NCBI GenBank assembly: GCA_031414535.1
Contig: JANNVQ010000047.1
Coordinates: 1-14,508 of the forward strand
Direction of reading: 5' to 3'
DNA length: 14,508 nucleotides
Source of the DNA: Gemmatimonas sp.
GTDB taxonomy: Bacteria > Gemmatimonadota > Gemmatimonadetes > Gemmatimonadales > Gemmatimonadaceae
In this document: piece after piece, positions 7,711-14,508 of the stretch
Layout: each line of letters begins with the position of its first letter
Numbering within the stretch: the first letter of the stretch is position 1
Position numbers and translations under genes: made by a program
The notes under the pieces: model-generated
The model's database searches: none
What the model was told of the DNA's origin: nothing
The model's input: the letters and a program-made list of their open reading frames with translations, nothing else

Positions 7711-7775
7711 GCGGGGCAAACTGCGCGCTCATCAGGCTGGCGCTGACACCAAACTATTGCTCACGTCAGCAAATG

Positions 7776-7838
7776 GACGGAAGACGGATGACGGATGCGA
7801 ACCGCCCTGCAGTTCGCATCCGTCATCCGTCTTCCGTC
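7776..7838. repeat. Heptamer-array inverted repeat 3: perfect 27-bp stem, 9-nt loop
   Basis: GACGGAAGACGGATGACGGATGCGAAC (7776-7802) is the exact reverse complement of 7812-7838. 7772-7798 is identical over 27 nt to 3999-4025. Confidence 0.95.
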
Positions 7839-7843
7839 ACCAG

Positions 7844-11107
<3,264 letters not shown>

Positions 11108-11114
11108 TCTGGCT

Positions 11115-11699
11115 TCACTCGGTGGTAGTACGGTATAGCCCGTGAGCAGCGATATAGTCGGCGACGGCATCGGGCACGAAGCCCCGAATGCTGCGTCCAG
11201 CTCCCACACGAGTGCGGATCTCCGTGGCGGAGATGTCCACGCGTCGCGTCGGCAGCGAGCGGGCCCGGAAGCCCGTCGGCAGCGCCGGAGCTTCCGATCC
11301 ACGTCCCGCCACTGCAACCTGCACGAGCAAGGCTAATGCCTCAGGCTCGCGCCATTGTGGCAGGGTGGCCGCGGTGTCTGCTCCCATTAACAAGAACATT
11401 TCAACGTCTGACCGGGCAGCCTGTATAGCCCGCACGGTATCAATGGTGAAAGATAACCCACCACGCTCCACCTCCGAAGCATTCACTTGCAGTCGGTGAT
11501 CTGCGCTTGCGAGACATGCGGTCATCGCCAAGCGGTGAACGGGCGCCGACATCTCCACCCCACGCTTCAGGGGTTGGCGAGCAGCGGGTACCAGGATGAG
11601 CTCGTCTAGCTCGAGGGCGTCCACTGCGTCTAGGGCCAGCAACAGGTGCCCGTTGTGCGGCGGATCAAAGGTCCCGCCGAGGATCCCTACGCGCGGCAC
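11115..11699 (-). CDS. nadD: Nicotinate-nucleotide adenylyltransferase
   Basis: GILGGTFDPPHNGH (HxGH motif), SFTIDT, LLMGAD, LPQW and ISATEIR. Start placed at GTG 11699, 8 nt after the bamD stop. Confidence 0.95.
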   Translation of the reverse strand: MPRVGILGGTFDPPHNGHLLLALDAVDALELDELILVPAARQPLKRGVEMSAPVHRLAMTACLASADHRLQVNASEVERGGLSFTIDTVRAIQAARSDVEMFLLMGADTAATLPQWREPEALALLVQVAVAGRGSEAPALPTGFRARSLPTRRVDISATEIRTRVGAGRSIRGFVPDAVADYIAAHGLYRTTTE

Positions 11700-11707
11700 A
11701 CGCGGGC

Positions 11708-12484
11708 TCAGGGCCGGACGACCGCGGTGGAGTCGGCGGTCGGCAGTCGGCACGTGCTGAGGACGTCGGCATCCGTGGGGAACCCGGCACGCAACGCCGA
11801 GCAGAGCTCCGCGGCGTCTTCCTTGTAATCGAGCGCCGGCAACCGATAGACGCGCACCATCTGGAGCATGGCCAAGCGCGCCTTATCCGTGTTGGGATAG
11901 TTCGCCACGACGTCGCGGAAGTAGAGAATGGCGGAGTCGTAGGCCCGGCGACGCACATAGTGCATTCCAGTCTCGAAGTCCTTCTCAGCCAGCCACTCAT
12001 CGAGTTCGGCGAGGGCCTTGAGGCTAGAGTCCGCATAGGGCGAATCGGGGAATACGCCAGTCACGAGGCGAAACTGCGCTTGGGCAAGAATCGCGTACTG
12101 CGGATCAAGCGAGGGGCGCCGCCACATCTCGCGATACGAGCGTGCTGCCATGAACATCGCGTCGTCGGCGAGGCTGTCGTTGGGAAACTGCTCAGCCAGC
12201 CGATTGAAGCTCTGCGCCGCCAACAAGCGCTCGTCGTTGTTCCGTCGCGCCTGCCCGAGATACCAATGCGCGAGCGGCAAGAGGGTGTCGCGCGTCGGCA
12301 AATCGAAGGTCAGACGCTCGAACGCCGTCACCGCGTTGCCCCACTTCTCGTTGTCGTACTGCGCCTTGCCCGCCGCGAACAGAGATTGCGCGGACGGAAA
12401 GTTCCGCACATTGAACGGGCGGAAGCATCCCCCGAGCAGGGAAAGCGAGAGGAGAGCGACCAGCGACTTGCGAAGTGCGGACAT
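11708..12484 (-). CDS. bamD: Outer membrane protein assembly lipoprotein BamD (YfiO/ComL-like, TPR)
   Basis: Signal peptide with lipobox LGGC (Cys20), TPR-like helices, and the patterns FPDSPYA, LAEKDFETGMHYVRRRAYDSA and YPNT. Confidence 0.88.
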   Translation of the reverse strand: MSALRKSLVALLSLSLLGGCFRPFNVRNFPSAQSLFAAGKAQYDNEKWGNAVTAFERLTFDLPTRDTLLPLAHWYLGQARRNNDERLLAAQSFNRLAEQFPNDSLADDAMFMAARSYREMWRRPSLDPQYAILAQAQFRLVTGVFPDSPYADSSLKALAELDEWLAEKDFETGMHYVRRRAYDSAILYFRDVVANYPNTDKARLAMLQMVRVYRLPALDYKEDAAELCSALRAGFPTDADVLSTCRLPTADSTAVVRP

Positions 12485-13437
<953 letters not shown>

Positions 13438-13441
<4 letters not shown>

Positions 13442-14508
13442 TCGCCCCCCCGACCGATGGAGCGATACGTGAATCCCTGCGCCTTCATCTTCTCGGGGTC
13501 ATACAAATTGCGGCCATCAATTACAACGGGTTGCTTGAGCTCGGTCTTCAAGCGTACAAAATCCGGAAACCGATACTCATTCCAGTCCGTGACCACCACC
13601 ATCGCATCGGCGCCCTGCGCGGCCTCATAGCTTGAGCGCGCGTAGCCGATGGTGTTCCCGATACGACGTTCCGTCTCGTGCATCGCCGCCGGATCGTGCG
13701 CCACCACACTCGCACCCGCACCCAGCAATTGCTCGATGAGCACGAGCGCCGGGGATTCGCGCATGTCGTCGGTGTTGGCTTTGAAGGCCAAACCCCAGAG
13801 CGCGATGCGCTTCCCCCGCAGTTCGCCGCCAAAGACCTCGGACACCTTCTCAAACAGGCGCTGCTTCTGACGCTCGTTCGCCGACTCCACGGCGCGCAGG
13901 ATGCCCATCGGGGCACCGCGCTCCTCAGAGGTGCGCATCAAGGCCTGCACGTCCTTGGGGAAGCAGGACCCTCCGTAGCCGGGGCCCGGGAAGAGAAACG
14001 CCGACCCAATGCGCGAGTCAGAACCGATGCCCTTGCGCACGAGATCCACGTTCGCGCCGACGCGTTCGCAGAGGTTGGCGATTTCGTTCATAAACGAGAT
14101 GCGGGTCGCGAGCATCGCGTTGGCCGCGTACTTGGTCATCTCCGCCGAGGGAATATCCATGAAGATGACCGGCTTGCCCGTGCGTACGAACGGCGCATAG
14201 AGCTCGCCCATCCGCTCGCGAGCGAAGTCCGTCGCTACGCCAATGACGACGCGGTCTGGCTTCATGAAGTCATCCACTGCCGCGCCTTCCTTCAAGAACT
14301 CCGGGTTGGAGCACATATGGAACGGTACTTTGGCGAGTGGCTTGATGACCGCCGCCACCTTGTCCGCCGTACCCACCGGGACGGTGGACTTGGTGACGAC
14401 CACCACTTCCGTGGCAGCATGCTTTCCGATGGTCTCTGCCACGGCGAGCACGTACTTCAGGTCCGCCGAGCCATCCTCATCGGGGGGCGTGCCGACGGCG
14501 ATGAAGAT
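13438..14508 (-). CDS. ugd: UDP-glucose 6-dehydrogenase; 5' end lies outside the window
   Basis: The frame is open to the window edge ([20 protein letters not shown]...). Motifs [25 protein letters not shown], catalytic GGSCFPKD and [15 protein letters not shown]. Confidence 0.95.

Noticed and set aside
7742..7770. GCTGAC-N17-GTCAGC inverted repeat upstream of radC
   Set aside because: The arms are only 6 bp and match no operator I can name.
4003..7838. Repeats as a CRISPR array or as Rho-independent terminators
   Set aside because: The copies are dispersed and inverted, with no regular repeat-spacer period and no cas genes. The hairpins lack U-tracts.
11108..11317. 70-aa N-terminal extension of SecA
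   Set aside because: It overlaps nadD. MLKKLFG at 11107 is a typical SecA start.

Overview
The window is a two-genome chimera. Bases 1 to about 2070 are AT-rich and eukaryote-like. They carry the 5' part of a diatom-type silicic acid transporter (SIT) gene on the minus strand (567 to <1, with EGSQ, GRQ, GQL and CMLD motifs). The ORF track missed it because the frame runs off the window edge. About 1.5 kb of upstream non-coding DNA with a GTAC/palindrome-rich tract follows. From about 2071 to the end is GC-rich bacterial core genome, probably Gemmatimonadota (my inference), with every gene on the minus strand: ugd (partial), uxs, bamD, nadD, secA, radC, rel/spoT, a 4-TM membrane protein and uvrB. 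The junction cuts uvrB just before its C-terminal UVR domain, and misassembly or a chimeric read is more likely than true transfer. All four long bacterial intergenic spacers contain inverted arrays of tandem heptamers (GACGGAW or GAGCGAR families) that abut stop codons.
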